A stretch of DNA of 64,000 bases, from contig CAWBGA010000005.1 of NCBI GenBank assembly GCA_963788195.1, positions 128,001 through 192,000 on the forward strand, given 5' to 3'. The position numbers and the translations under genes are program-made. The notes under the pieces are model-generated. The model had not been told where the DNA came from. It saw nothing but the letters and a program-made list of their open reading frames with translations, and did not search any database. This document shows positions 22,086 to 34,085 of this stretch, one piece after another. How positions within the stretch are numbered: the first letter of the stretch is position 1; every line of letters starts with the position of its first letter. This stretch comes from Nitrospirota bacterium. Lineage in GTDB: Bacteria > Nitrospirota > Nitrospiria > Nitrospirales > NS-4.

Positions 22086-22220
22086 TTAGATTTTACGAGT
22101 AGGCTTGGCGAGCGACACGTTTTCAAGAATGACCTGCTTGAACACTGCAGGATCCCCGAGGCGCTTCACAGCATCAAGAATCTCGATCCCAGCTAGGAAA
22201 CCGGCGGCATCATAATCCAT
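22086..22220 (-). pseudogene. DUF2283-like antitoxin fragment
   Basis: DYDAAGFLAGIEILDA motif; N-terminus not evident. Confidence 0.55.
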
Positions 22221-22296
22221 AGCGGCAAGGTGGTCAGAAGAGCACAGTGGCAAAATTGTCGGCACGAAGTCGGAACGTTGTTTACGCGAACCTAGC

Positions 22297-22845
22297 TTAC
22301 TCCTCGTGTCCTTCGTCATGGGTTACGGCTTGGTCTACCGTGAGTTCCGCGGCCTGCACCATCTCCTGGTACTGCTGCGGCGTGATATTCGGTAATTGCC
22401 GAATAAATCCAACGAGCGCCCATATTGTCTCGGGACGATGGCTGGGCCCGAAAGCCGGCATCCCGGTCATCCGAATCCCATGCTCAATGATCCAGTACAG
22501 TTCGATATTACTTCGCCGCTGAACCCGCTGAGAGTCAAGCTTCGGAGGCTTGGGATTCAGGCCTTGGCGAACCGGGCCTGCTTTACGACCTGGAGCACTA
22601 TGGCATGTGACGCACATCGCGTGATAGCTTCGGAAACCATTTTTGACCAGCTCGGGGTCAATGAGTGATGGCATGGACTGGGGTGCATTCGCGCGCACGG
22701 CAATTGAGCGGTCCCGCACGAAGGATATCAGCCAGAGAGTCAGGTCGCTGTGTTTCTCGGTCGCCGCGACATTAAAGGCACCGAACCATATGAACAACAA
22801 TGCACCGACAAGTAGAAGTACTAGTAAAGTCGCGCCTATTCTCAT
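22297..22845 (-). CDS. Membrane-anchored monoheme cytochrome c
   Basis: N-terminal TM, CVTCH, LNPKPPKL, HGIRMTGMPAF. Confidence 0.9.
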   Translation of the reverse strand: MRIGATLLVLLLVGALLFIWFGAFNVAATEKHSDLTLWLISFVRDRSIAVRANAPQSMPSLIDPELVKNGFRSYHAMCVTCHSAPGRKAGPVRQGLNPKPPKLDSQRVQRRSNIELYWIIEHGIRMTGMPAFGPSHRPETIWALVGFIRQLPNITPQQYQEMVQAAELTVDQAVTHDEGHEE

Positions 22846-23234
22846 TCGATAGTTGGAATCCTGGTCGGGTGTAAGCCGTTCGAAGATCTCTATTCGCCGT
22901 GGAAGTAGACCTCCGCCATTTGTTTTCGGCGTTCCTCGAGAAACGCATCATATCCTGGATGCCCATAGCTAAGGGCAATATTTATTGTATCCGCTCTTTG
23001 AGAGGGCCAAGCGGTCTGATTGTGTCATACCCTAAGCTTTGAGGTGTTTCTTGGACAAGCGACGTATCTTTCGATCTTCTTTCAATTCACGGAGGCTGGG
23101 CACGTATAGGCTTCTACGAATGATGATTTAATTGAGTTATTTTACTTGTATCCTATTGAGTGATTTTACTGTATACTAAATATAGTTAACAGGAGCACAA
23201 TACCACTATAGGTTAACTAAGGGCGGTCTATAGC

Positions 23235-23657
23235 ATGTGCCAGGATGGAGGACTCATGGAATCCCGAAAGGCTGTCAGCAATTTCAAGTCATGCTGCAAG
23301 GCCCTGGTAGATATCATTCCGCCTGGGCACCACCTGACCGATGCACAAGAATCGATCGTATTGTCCAATCTCCAGGTCGTTGAGTCGGCCATCCGGGTCA
23401 GTCACATACAACAAAGTATCGCCGTTTACAATCCGAACGCCAGCGGGACGAAAAAAACCAACCATTGCACTCCGAGACGCGTGCAGATGGAAGTCCTGGT
23501 ACGGTGGAAGTGTTTCTGCATCACACCGTGGGAGTCCTGCCAATTCTGTCACGGTAGCGGCCATATCGACCGCTGGATGCCTGCCGATTTGCTGAAGTTT
23601 GTCAAGAATAGGACCTATTTGATTCTGGCTCGTCGCGATGTGAAAACCCTGTCGTAG
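23235..23657 (+). CDS. Hypothetical protein with C-terminal Cys cluster
   Basis: ORF with CFC...CQFCHGSG; GGAGG before an internal ATG. Confidence 0.45.
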   Translation: MCQDGGLMESRKAVSNFKSCCKALVDIIPPGHHLTDAQESIVLSNLQVVESAIRVSHIQQSIAVYNPNASGTKKTNHCTPRRVQMEVLVRWKCFCITPWESCQFCHGSGHIDRWMPADLLKFVKNRTYLILARRDVKTLS

Positions 23658-23677
23658 TGGGAGGGGTCTCGCAGCAC

Positions 23678-23956
23678 CTACGTCCCGGGCGGGACAGGCG
23701 CTACAGACGATTTAGGCGTGCGATCCTCAATCCTGATCTGCTTATACCCTCGCGACTCCATACATTGATTGACAGCCGTGGTAAGGTGCGGTGACTCGAG
23801 ACTCGTGCCGAACCTCTGTTTGGCCTGAGCATAGCAGTTATTAAAATCCCGTTCCGTCTCGGCCTCCGTCTTTCCTTCCTGCATCCATACCTGTTTTGCA
23901 GCACAGCCCGTCACGAGGAGGAGCATAAGCAAGAACCAGATTGTTTTAGTGTTCAT
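23678..23956 (-). CDS. Small lipoprotein
   Basis: VTGC lipobox; C...CMESRGY. Confidence 0.75.
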   Translation of the reverse strand: MNTKTIWFLLMLLLVTGCAAKQVWMQEGKTEAETERDFNNCYAQAKQRFGTSLESPHLTTAVNQCMESRGYKQIRIEDRTPKSSVAPVPPGT

Positions 23957-23967
23957 GCTGATCGAAT

Positions 23968-25506
23968 CTACTTCTTATTGGTAATGGTTCTCTCGAATTC
24001 GACCTCGGCGCGCAGGCTTTCGAGATCCCGGCCAACCGTCGCGACCGCCAACTTCCTGCCGCCTCGTCGATAGGTTATTGTGCAGTTTCGCGCCTCCAGT
24101 TGCCCGTCGATGTCGGCTGTATCCCATTTTTCGGCGTGCCCGACATACGCGATCGTAAGGTCGTATTGCTCGGTCCAGAAGAATGGAACGGCGTTAAATA
24201 TTTCCCGGCGGCCAAGAATGTTGCGTGCAGCAGTCTGTCCCTGGCGCTCGGCCACGACGAAATGTTCGATGCGGATTCGTTCGCCGGTGAGCCGATCGGG
24301 CCAGCGGGCGATGTCGCCTGCTGCGAAGATGTGCGGGACGCTCGTTTCAAGATATTCGTTCACCGTGACGCCGCGGTCAACGGCGAGCCCCGCTCGTTCC
24401 GCCAATAAGGTCGCCGGTCGTACCCCGACGCCTATGACGACGAAATCGGCCTGGACGTGTTCTCCGTTCTTCAGCGTGACGCTTCGGTCGTCGATCGCGG
24501 TCGCGGTCGTGCCGAGATGGAACGTCACGCCATGCTCCTCATGGAGCCGGCGGAGAAAATGTCCGACCTCTGTTCCCAGAACTCGCTCCATCGGAATCGT
24601 CTCCGGTGCGACCACGTGCACGTCGATCTTCCGGGCTCGGAGCGATGCGGCCACCTCGAGACCGATGAAGCTGGCTCCAATCACTACGGCTCGCTGTGAT
24701 GCCAGAGCTTTGGAGACAATTGCGCGGCTGTCCGTAAGCGTGCGCAGATAGTGCACGTGTGGGAGGTTAGCACCAGGAATCTCCAACCGTACCGGTTCGG
24801 CGCCGGTGGCGAGCAGGAGCGCACCATAGGTGTGCCGGCTGCCGTCCACCAGCTCTACCTGCGCGTTCCCTGTGTCGATCGTCGTGGCGGCTGCCTTCAG
24901 TCTCAAGTCGATGTCGTGCTCTCTATAGAATTCCGCCGATCGGAGGAGAGTCCACTCCTCGGGCGCAGTGCCGGCCAGGTAGCCCTTTGAGAGGTTAGGC
25001 CGATCACAGGGCATCGACTCATCGGCGCTCAGCATTGTGATACGGCCGGGGTAGCCTTCGCGACGGAGTGTTTCCGCAGCGGCATTGCCCGCTGGACCAC
25101 CGCCGACGATAATGACCGAGTCCGGCATGCCGGCCGCTACTGCAGGCGGTTTCGGATTTACGCTCTCCAGCTTCTCTCGAACATAGACGGCGCCGTGCAC
25201 CTTTTCGACGCGCCAGCGGGAAACCGGGTTGAGCGCCGGCGCCCGGAGGGGCTCACCAGTCCGCAGGCTAAAGCAGGCATGATGCCAGGGGCAGCGAACC
25301 GTCTCCTCCACGAGGAGCCCCTCGCCAAGGGGGCCGCCATAGTGCGTGCAGACGGCGCCGATCGCGAACAGCTCATCGCCGCGTCTGACAAGGAGCACCG
25401 GTTCGGCCCGTGCGTGCCCGAGCAGCATGGTTCCATCAGGGACCATTGAGAGCTCAACTCCCTGGGTCAGATCAGGCCCGCTGAGTTTCGTCTGTTCTTC
25501 GCTCAT
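23968..25506 (-). CDS. Rieske [2Fe-2S] fused to FAD-dependent ferredoxin-reductase-like oxidoreductase
   Basis: CTHYG...CPWH, GGGPAG, IGASFIGLE, FAAGD, VPFFWT. Confidence 0.92.
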   Translation of the reverse strand: MSEEQTKLSGPDLTQGVELSMVPDGTMLLGHARAEPVLLVRRGDELFAIGAVCTHYGGPLGEGLLVEETVRCPWHHACFSLRTGEPLRAPALNPVSRWRVEKVHGAVYVREKLESVNPKPPAVAAGMPDSVIIVGGGPAGNAAAETLRREGYPGRITMLSADESMPCDRPNLSKGYLAGTAPEEWTLLRSAEFYREHDIDLRLKAAATTIDTGNAQVELVDGSRHTYGALLLATGAEPVRLEIPGANLPHVHYLRTLTDSRAIVSKALASQRAVVIGASFIGLEVAASLRARKIDVHVVAPETIPMERVLGTEVGHFLRRLHEEHGVTFHLGTTATAIDDRSVTLKNGEHVQADFVVIGVGVRPATLLAERAGLAVDRGVTVNEYLETSVPHIFAAGDIARWPDRLTGERIRIEHFVVAERQGQTAARNILGRREIFNAVPFFWTEQYDLTIAYVGHAEKWDTADIDGQLEARNCTITYRRGGRKLAVATVGRDLESLRAEVEFERTITNKK

Positions 25507-25679
25507 TGATCCCCTGACGCAAATGCGGTCGTGTGCGCCCTTAGAATTCTTGCTAAACCTGGATGATGGCGCGCGGAGCCCGCCTTCTATTTCCACCTTG
25601 GGCACGTCCGCTGCTCGTCACGCCGTTTTTTTTGAGAAGACAGTGCGTGCCGGCAATTATAGAGGCGCCACTTGGAGCG

Positions 25680-25794
25680 TCACAAGGACAAAGTCTTCCC
25701 CACGGTGGATCCTGCCCTCAATACCTTGACTCCGCTGAGATGGATAAGAGATAAGAAGTCCTCGTCCTGAGCGCGAAACAGCACGAAACTCAAT
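25680..25794 (+). promoter_or_regulatory. Conserved dabB upstream region, copy 1
   Basis: Blocks shared with 28861-28977: GTCACAA(A)GGACAAAGTC, CCTTGACTCCGC, GATAAGAGATAAGA, GTCCTCGTCCTGAGC. Confidence 0.6.
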
Positions 25795-27496
25795 ATGTCG
25801 CTAGCAATTCTTGTTCCGCTCCTGCCGCTTCTGGCGACGATCATCGTCCTGGTGGGCGAGCCGCAGACGCAGCTTCAGCGGTCGAAGCTGGGGGTTTTGC
25901 CCCTGGCCGCGGCGTTCGTTGGCTCTATCATCACATTGGTGCTGGTCGCGTCGAAGGGAACGATCACCATCCGTTTTTACGATCCATCGTCAATCGCCAA
26001 TCTTGCGCTTCCTTTGGGGTTTCAGATCGACCGACTCAGCGCAGTCATGATGGTCCTGATTTCGGGGGTCGGGACGATTGTTTACAGCTACTCAGTGAAT
26101 TACATGTTCCAGGATCGTGGGTATCGCCGATTTCTCGCTCTCATTGGTTTCACCACATTTGTCCTCCTCTGCATGGTCTCGAGCAGCAACTTGGTGATGT
26201 TGTTTGTGTTCTGGCAGCTTCTGAGCTACCTGCTCGCATTGCTTGCCCACAACCTCGGCCACGCCGCGACACTCGAGGGGGCATTCCGAACGTTTACGCT
26301 CCTGCGCGTCGGCGATGTAGCTTTTCTCGCGGGAATCGTTCTCGCGCATGCATTGTACGGAACGATCGAGTTTCACGAGCTCTTTACCAGAGCAGCCGCG
26401 ACACCGATCACGCTTTCGCCTCTTCCTGGAATCGAGATGACAGGGAGCACGGCGGTGACGCTCCTCATTTTCATCGGCGCCATGAGCAAGTCGGCACAGT
26501 TTCCGCTTCACATCTGGCTTCCAAGCTCGCTCTACGCGCCTACACCTGTCCATGCGCTGCTTCATGCCGGAATCATCAATGCCGGCGGGTTCCTGATAAA
26601 CCGCCTCGCCCCTTTATACGGGTTGAGCCCGCCATCCCTACACATTGCGTTCGTGATCGGCACGATCACTGCTTTCATGGGCGCCTCCATGATGCTGGCA
26701 CAAAATGATATTAAGAAAACATTGGGTTATCTCTACGATAGGTCAGATGGGCTATATGATCATGGAGTGCGGCTTAGGGGCATTCGCTTTGGCGATCTTT
26801 CATCTGCTCGCGCACGGCCTTTTCAAGGCGACGGTGTTCCTGAACTGCGGCAATGTTATCCATAAAGCCCGTCTTGAGCCCTTACTTCCTTCGTCGAGCC
26901 GTGCGACCGAAGAGGCGGAGTTCTCAGGGCTCACGTGGACGACCGGCTTTTTCACGATACTGCTGATGCCGCTCGTCATCCTGCTGGCAGCCCATGGGGC
27001 TTTGCAGATCCCGATCCTCGAGTCTCAGGGCTCGGTTATCTTCCTCTTCTTTATCTGGGTGACCTCTACCCAGGCGATTCTGACGCTCACCCGTCTGCGT
27101 GGCGTCGCGTCGTGGAAAGTTTCGGCCGCCATGCTCCTTGTCCTGCTGTTTGTGGTCTTTACGTATCTTTTCGCGGCGGAGCGCTTCACGGCATTTCTTT
27201 ATCCCGACCGAGCGGAGGTGGCTGCTTATTTCAAGGCCGCTGCGCTTCCCACGCCGCTTTTTGATGGTATCGTGGTGATGACCACTCTGCTTATTGTCTT
27301 GGGCTGGTTTTACCTCTATGCACGGACGCGTGGCGAGACGATGCCGATACCCTCGTGGGTGGAATCTGTCCGCGCCCGTCTTTACCTCTTGTTGATGAAC
27401 CGTCTTTATCTCGATGCCGCATATTCTAGGCTGGGAACGGCTGTGATGCGGCAGGCTTACCGCTTCGACCGGAGTCGGCTTGGGAGGATGCTCTGA
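25795..27496 (+). CDS. dabB: DabB / NuoL-like proton-conducting membrane subunit, copy 1 (frameshift near 26730)
   Basis: KSAQFPLHIWLP, APTPVHALLHAGIINAGG, STIGQMG, AHGLFKA; upstream of a DUF2309 gene. Confidence 0.85.
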
Positions 27497-27501
27497 CGGC
27501 A

Positions 27502-28740
27502 ATGATGACTGCTTCCCTCCTGCTCGTCACGACTCCAGTCGTGGGTGCTACGCTGGGTCTGCTCATGTGGAGCAACCCCCAGGCATTAAAAGTGTGTCTT
27601 CTCATCGCGACAATAGCCAGTCTCGTCACAGTAGGATTGACTTCAGGAACATTATCCGACCAGGTTGGTGGGGGGCTCTTGTGCTCGCTCCTTCCTCTCA
27701 CAGCTTTCGTAACCTTGTTGGGACAACCGGCGCACCGTAGCCTCCGCGCCGCTTGGGTGCTGACGCTCCTTCTGCTTGGATTGGGATTGGGCACCTTGGC
27801 TTACAAGGCACCCCTGTCACAGATCTTCTTCCTACTCCTCCTTGCTCTCGTCGGTCTAATGCTCTTTCACTTTCGGGATCAAGCAGGATTCGATGTGCGG
27901 TGGGGAATCGGGACGGTCGGTTTTGGAATGGTGTGTGTCATAGTCGCCATGACTGTGGCCCCTCCAGTTTCATTCATTATGTTCGCCGTCGCATGCGGCA
28001 TCAGCCTTCCTCTGGTGCCGTTTCACAAAAGTTATGTCGCCGCGCTGACGGGGTTGCCGGGAAACTTACCCTCCTTGCTTGCAGTCTTGCTGCCCGTCGT
28101 TGGATTCCACGGGCTACTGACTTCGTACCCTCAGCTTCCGGACGTGGTGTCCGACGGCGCCGCCATCCTGGCGCTCGTGGGAATGGTGTACGGTTCCTTG
28201 AAAGCATTGACTCAATCTCGTGCGGCATCGGTCGTATCCTATGGCAGCCTGGCCTTCTTCTCTATTCTCTGGTGGTATCTGATCACAACCAGGACCGCCG
28301 CACCGCAGACGGTGGTCTACCTCAGTGCGGTTGGTCTAGCCACGAGCGGGCTGCTCATCGCCAGGTATGTGCTGCGGGCTCGTTATGGTGAGATTGATCT
28401 GCGTGCGCTGACCGGGCTCGCCGAACCGATGCCACGATTCGCCATCGCACTGTCACTATTGGCCGTCGCGGCGTTGGGTCTCCCACCGTTTGGAGTGTTT
28501 TCCGGTTTTATCGGCATGCTGCTCGTTCCCTCGTTCGCGTTGTCCGGGGGGCTAGCCGTCATTCTTATCGTCTGGCTCTGCGCCTCCTGGTATTTTATTG
28601 ATCTCGCGCACGGGCTGTTGTTCGGTCGCCAACGACCAGAGCGTCGGCATGAGGATCTGCGCGCGCCTGAACTGGCTGCTCTAACTATCGTACTCGCGCT
28701 CCTAGTCGCCTTAGGGGTAATGCCCTCTCGCTTTTTTTGA
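27502..28740 (+). CDS. NuoM-like membrane subunit of the DAB locus
   Basis: Highly hydrophobic; LPLVPFH, GLAEPMPRF, ALGLPPFGVF. Confidence 0.75.
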   Translation: MMTASLLLVTTPVVGATLGLLMWSNPQALKVCLLIATIASLVTVGLTSGTLSDQVGGGLLCSLLPLTAFVTLLGQPAHRSLRAAWVLTLLLLGLGLGTLAYKAPLSQIFFLLLLALVGLMLFHFRDQAGFDVRWGIGTVGFGMVCVIVAMTVAPPVSFIMFAVACGISLPLVPFHKSYVAALTGLPGNLPSLLAVLLPVVGFHGLLTSYPQLPDVVSDGAAILALVGMVYGSLKALTQSRAASVVSYGSLAFFSILWWYLITTRTAAPQTVVYLSAVGLATSGLLIARYVLRARYGEIDLRALTGLAEPMPRFAIALSLLAVAALGLPPFGVFSGFIGMLLVPSFALSGGLAVILIVWLCASWYFIDLAHGLLFGRQRPERRHEDLRAPELAALTIVLALLVALGVMPSRFF

Positions 28741-28860
28741 CCCTGAGCCGGCGAACCTTCAGCGAACCGAAGGGATTGCCTTCTATTTCGGTTTTTGTCC
28801 GTTCGCTGTTCCTCACGCCGTTTACAGTGCGTTCGGTAATTAAGAGGTACTGTTTGGAAT

Positions 28861-28977
28861 GTCACAAAGGACAAAGTCGCCCCCCCGGCGGAGTCGACAC
28901 CCGACGCCTTGACTCCGCGAGGACGATAAGAGATAAGAGGTCCTCGTCCTGAGCTGCGAAACGGCACGAAAGTCAGT
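28861..28977 (+). promoter_or_regulatory. Conserved dabB upstream region, copy 2
   Basis: Homologous to 25680-25794. Confidence 0.6.
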
Positions 28978-30680
28978 ATGTCTCTAGCGATTCTTATTCC
29001 GCTCCTGCCCCTTCTGGCGGCGATCATCGCCCTGGTGGGCGAGCCTGGGACGCAGGACCAACGGGTTAGACTGGGTGTTCTGCCTCTGGCCGCGGCGCTC
29101 GTTGGCTCCCTCGTGACGTTAGTGATGGTCACGTCGGAGGGAGCCATCAGCATCCGCTTCTATGACCCGTTGTCCATCGCCAATCTTGCACTTCCTTTGG
29201 GCTTCCACATCGACCGGCTCAGCGCAGTGATGATGGTCTTGATTTCGGGAGTCGGCACCATAGTCTATCGCTACTCAGTGAATTACATGTTCCAGGATCC
29301 TGACTATCGCCGTTTTCTCGCCCTCATTGGATTCACCACATTCGTCCTCCTTTGCATGGTATCGAGCATCAACCTGGTTATGCTGTTTGTGTGCTGGCAG
29401 CTTCTTAGCTACCTGCTCGCGTTGCTTGCCCACAACCTCGGCTCACGCCGCGACGCTCGAAGGGGCATTCCGAACGTTTACGCTCCTGCGCGTCGGCGAT
29501 GTGGCGTTTCTCGCGGGGATCGTTCTCGCGCATGCATTGTACGGAACGATTGAGTTTCAGGAGCTGTTTAGCAGAGCCGCCGATACACCGATCACGCTCT
29601 CACTACTTCCTGGAATCGAGATGACCGGCAGCACGGCAGTGACGCTCCTTATTTTCATCGGGGCCATGAGCAAGTCGGCACAGTTTCCGCTTCACGTCTG
29701 GCTTCCGAGCTCGATCTACGCTCCGACCCCTGTCACTGCGCTGCTCCATGCCGGCATCATCAACGCAGGTGGCTTCCTGATAAACCGTCTCGCCCCTTTG
29801 TATGGATTGAGTCCGACAACCCTGCACGTCGCATTCGTCATCGGCACGCTCACCGCCTTCTTCGGTGCCTCCATGATGCTGACCCAGAATGACATCAAGA
29901 AGACGCTGGGGTTCTCCACGATCGGCCAGATGGGCTATATGATCATGGAGTGCGGCTTAGGGGCCTTCGCTTTAGCGGTCTTTCATCTGATCGCGCACGG
30001 GCTCTTCAAGGCCACGATGTTCCTGAACTGCGGCAACGTCATTCATAAAGCCAGGCAAGAGCCTTTATTTCCTCAAACGAGCCACAGAACCGAACAGGCT
30101 CGGTTTTCAGGGCTCACCTGGTCGACCGGATTCTTCACGACGTTGCTCATGCCACTGGTGATTCTGCTCGTGACCCACGGGGTCTTGCAGATCCCAATTC
30201 GAGATTCGCAAGGTGCGGTGATCTTTCTCTTCTTTATCTGGGTGACCTCTTCCCAAGCGATTCTGACACTCACCCGTTTGCGTGAGGTCGCCTCGTGGAA
30301 GGTTTCTGGCGCCATGCTTCTGATTCTGCTCTTCGTGGTCTTCACGTACCTCTTCGCAGCTGAACACTTCACTGCGTTTCTCTATCCTGATCGAGAAGAG
30401 GTGGCTTCTTATTACAGGGCTGCCGCGCTTCCCGGTCCGCTCTTTGATGGACTCGTGGTGATGACGACTCTCCTCATCATCCTCGGCTGGTTTTACCTCT
30501 ATGCCCAGACCTGGGGTGAGAGTATGCGGATACCCCGTTGGGTGGATCCGGTCCGCGGCCGTCTCTATGTGTTGTTCATGAACCAGTCTTTATCTCGATG
30601 TGGCCTATTCCAAGCTGGGAGGGGCTGTGATGCGCCTGGCTCGCCGCGTCGACAAGCCCTCGCTTGGGAAGACGCGGTGA
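28978..30680 (+). CDS. dabB: DabB / NuoL-like subunit, copy 2 (frameshifts near 29443 and 30586)
   Basis: Colinear with copy 1: MSLAIL.PLLPLLA, KSAQFPLHVWLP, FSTIGQMG. Confidence 0.85.
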
Positions 30681-30687
30681 CGGCTTG

Positions 30688-30828
30688 ATGACTGCTTGCC
30701 TCCTGCTCGTCGCGATTCCAGTTCTGGGCGCTGCAATAGGTGGGGTAATGCCCTCTCGCTTTTTTGACCCTGAGCCGGCAAATCTTAAATCAACAGTCGG
30801 GATGGAGTCCCCGGCATGGATCAAATAA
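30688..30828 (+). pseudogene. Internally deleted NuoM-like gene (46-aa in-frame remnant)
   Basis: MTACLLLVAIPVLGAAIG matches the N-terminus of the 27502 gene and is fused to GVMPSRFF, its C-terminus; stop overlaps the dabA start. Confidence 0.8.
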
Positions 30829-33800
30829 AACGCACGGTAGATCCTGACACCCGGCGCATGGAACTTCGCGGCATTGTCCGCGTCGCCGGCGAAGTGATTG
30901 CGCAGTACTGGCCAATGCGTACCTTCATACATCACAACCCGCTTCATAGCTTGGAGTATCTTCCTTTTGAGACAACAGTCCGGCATGGCCAGAAGTTCTT
31001 GGGAGGCTACGGTTATGTCTCCGGGAAGAACTTTCGAGGATACCTTCGCTCCGGCAGAATCCTGATCCGTCATCTCGACGAGGCCATACAGCCGCTGGCG
31101 CATGACGAGTACGTCACCGTTGGTCCATGCCGAATCGCGCACCAGGAGGTTCTGCGAGCCTGTTTGACTCATGGACTCTGCGCCACCACCCCAGAACCGC
31201 TCGACGCCTTGCTGAATCAAGGATCGAATGAAGAACTGATTTTTGCGCTGGCAGATCACCTGACAGCTTCTTTGACCGCCCCGACAATCGAGGATCGCAT
31301 TGCAAGGGATGTCCGTGAGGACCTGGCTGAGTTGGGGAATTATGTCCCTCTCTCTAACTGGTGCGACCGTACCCTCGGCACAGAGATCGTCAGCCTCGTG
31401 AATAGCGAACTGATCAAGTGGTGCGAAGGCATTCCTGGACGAAGGGGATGCCACGTGGTCGATGCCGGGACGAAACCAGGGGTTTTACAAAGCCTGGAAG
31501 GCGCTTGCTGCCCAGGAGTGGTCGCCGTGCGGCATCAAGGAGAGTCGCCGAAAGATAGGCGACCTGCCGGAGCACCCGGAAGATGCGGTGATCGAGAGCC
31601 ATGGAGATTCTTGGAATTCCCGAAGAACACCGACAGGACTATCTCTCGCTCCAGCTGACGGCCCTTCCCGGATGGGCGGGATTCATCAAGTGGCGCGCGG
31701 AACAGCAGGACTACAGTTGGCAAGAGGCTTATCCAGCCAATCTGGTGCAGTTTCTCGCCGTCCGACTGTGGTATGTGCGCGAGCTGGTCCAAAAGGCCTG
31801 CCGTGAAGCGTTGGCGATTCAGGGAAACTTTGGCGCCATCTCGGCATACATGCAGAACGATCCGCACGCGTATTTCTTGCGGAAGGAACAGGTGGCCGGA
31901 CGCTTGCCTGCCGTCTATGCGGAGCAGGTACAACGGCTGTCGGGGAGCAACAGCAACGAATGGAAGGAGTTATCCGACCGTTTGGAAATCGACACCCGAC
32001 CGCAGCGGGACCAATCGCTGCGCCTTGTTGCAGCCCGCCGGCTTCTTACCCTTGCGCAGGCCTTGGAAATCGTGCCGACCGTATTGCTTGACGGCTCTCC
32101 GAAGGATCTCGCCCTGCTGGTCAGTTGGATGGATGCATTCCCAGAACCCCAGCATGGACCGGTTTGGCTCAAGGCGTTTGAAGCGCGATATCAGGAACAA
32201 TTATTCCGAATGCTGATGCGCACGGCAGTGACGGCGACGGCGGGAAGTCGCGGAAGTTCCGCACCCGTACGACCCCAGTCCCAAGCCGTCTTTTGCATCG
32301 ATGTGCGCTCTGAGCCCTTTCGACGTCACCTGGAATCGACGGGAGCGAATGAGACCTACGGGTTTGCCGGCTTTTTCGCCGTCTTTATTCGTCATCGCGC
32401 GTGGGGTAAGGAGCATTACACCGAGCAATTTCCCGCGATCATGAGAGCTCGAAATGAAGTGCGGGAGATCTCCCGCAGCTATCTCGAACATATCGTTCCT
32501 AAACACACTTCGCGAACCCAGCTGGTTCATGCCGGACACACGCTCTTGCACGATTTGAAAGAGAATGTGGTCACAGCCTATGTCATGGTGGAATCATTGG
32601 GATGGTTCTATGGCCTTCAGATCATCGGCAAAACAGCATCGCCTGCCCTCTACCGGCGCCTGATGGCGTTGGTACAACGGCTCTTTGTGCCTTCGATCGC
32701 GACCAGCCTCACGGTCGATAAATTATCACCGGCCGATATCGAAGAGATGTTAGTGGCAGAACAGCGCGCCATCATCTGGAAAACCTTACGCGACCGAGTC
32801 GGGTTTCGCGGTTCCCGCATCTCTCCAGAATTCGTGGAGGCGCTGCGCCTCCAGGCCTTGAACGGAGAAAGCGAAGCCGGAGCCGTCCTTGATTGCCGCC
32901 GGTCGCGAACTCGCGCTCTCGAAAGACGAACTCCTGGCGTTTGTGGAGACGCTGCGGCGACAGCACCGGATCAATCGGCGGTCTGGTTCGTGGCAAAAGG
33001 AACGCATCACGCGCACCGGGTTCACGCTCGACGAGCAGGTGGTCACCGTGGAAACGGCGCTGCGCATGATGGGGCTGATACGTAACTTCGCCCGGATCGT
33101 GCTGTTTTGTGCGCACGCCAGCACCTCTGAGAATAATCCGTATGAATCTGCGTTGGATTGCGGGGCCTGCGGGGGGAACGAGGGAAAACCCAACGCGCGC
33201 GTGCTCGCCATGATGGCGAACAATCCCAAGGTTCGGGAACGGTTGGCGAAGAACGGCATCGACATTCCTTCCGACACCCATTTTCTCGCCGGCCAAGTCG
33301 ACACCACCACCGATGAGGTGCATCTCTTCGACCTTGAAGATGTGCTGTCCACCCATCGAAAGGACGTGGCTCGGCTGCTGGACGATCTTCGCGAGGCTGC
33401 TCAGCTCACGAGTCAGGAGCGTTGTGCCCGGTTCCCTGAGGCCAAGGAAACGTTGCCGCTGGCGAAAGCCGGGACGCATGTACGCGAGCGCAGCGCAGAC
33501 TGGAGTCAGGTGCGGCCGGAGTGGGGATTATCCGGCAATACCTCATTCATCATCGGCCGGCGTGACCTCACGAAAGGCCTGAATTTAGCCGGGCGCGCCT
33601 TCCTGCATTCCTATGATTACCGGGAAGACCCGACCAACCGGTTGCTCGAGGTGATCATGACGGGGCCGCAAGTCGTCGCCCAATGGATCAACATGGAGCA
33701 TTATTTCTCTACCGTTGATAATGAGGTCTACGGCAGCGGGAGTAAAGTTTATCATAACGTCGTCGGGCAGACTCGGGATCATGTCCGGGCCCTTGGAGCG

Positions 33801-34063
33801 ATCTACGACTCGGATTGGCCTGGCAGACGGTGATGAATGGCGAGGCGCCCTATCACGAGCCAATGCGGCTGTTGACGATCATTGAAGCCCCGCGTTCGAA
33901 CATCGAGAAACTAATCAGGCGGCACGAGGCGTTGCAGCATTACTATCACAATGAGTGGGTGCACCTCGTTGCGCTTGACCCGGAGGATGGCGTCTTATAC
34001 CGCTATCTACCAACGGGAGCGTGGAGCAATGTCCCCGGTGGACAGCCACTCGCATCAATTTAG
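30816..34063 (+). CDS. dabA: DabA (DUF2309) inorganic-carbon transporter subunit (several frameshifts)
   Basis: [65 protein letters not shown] across four ORF pieces. Confidence 0.92.
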
Positions 34064-34085
34064 ACGCAGGGAAAGGAGTGATTGA

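Noticed and set aside
23165..23190. LexA/SOS box
   Set aside because: CTGTATACTAAATATAG has the wrong spacing and right half for CTG-N10-CAG.
25795..30680. Respiratory complex I nuoL/nuoM genes
   Set aside because: No other nuo genes; adjacency to DUF2309 and PII indicates a DAB transporter.
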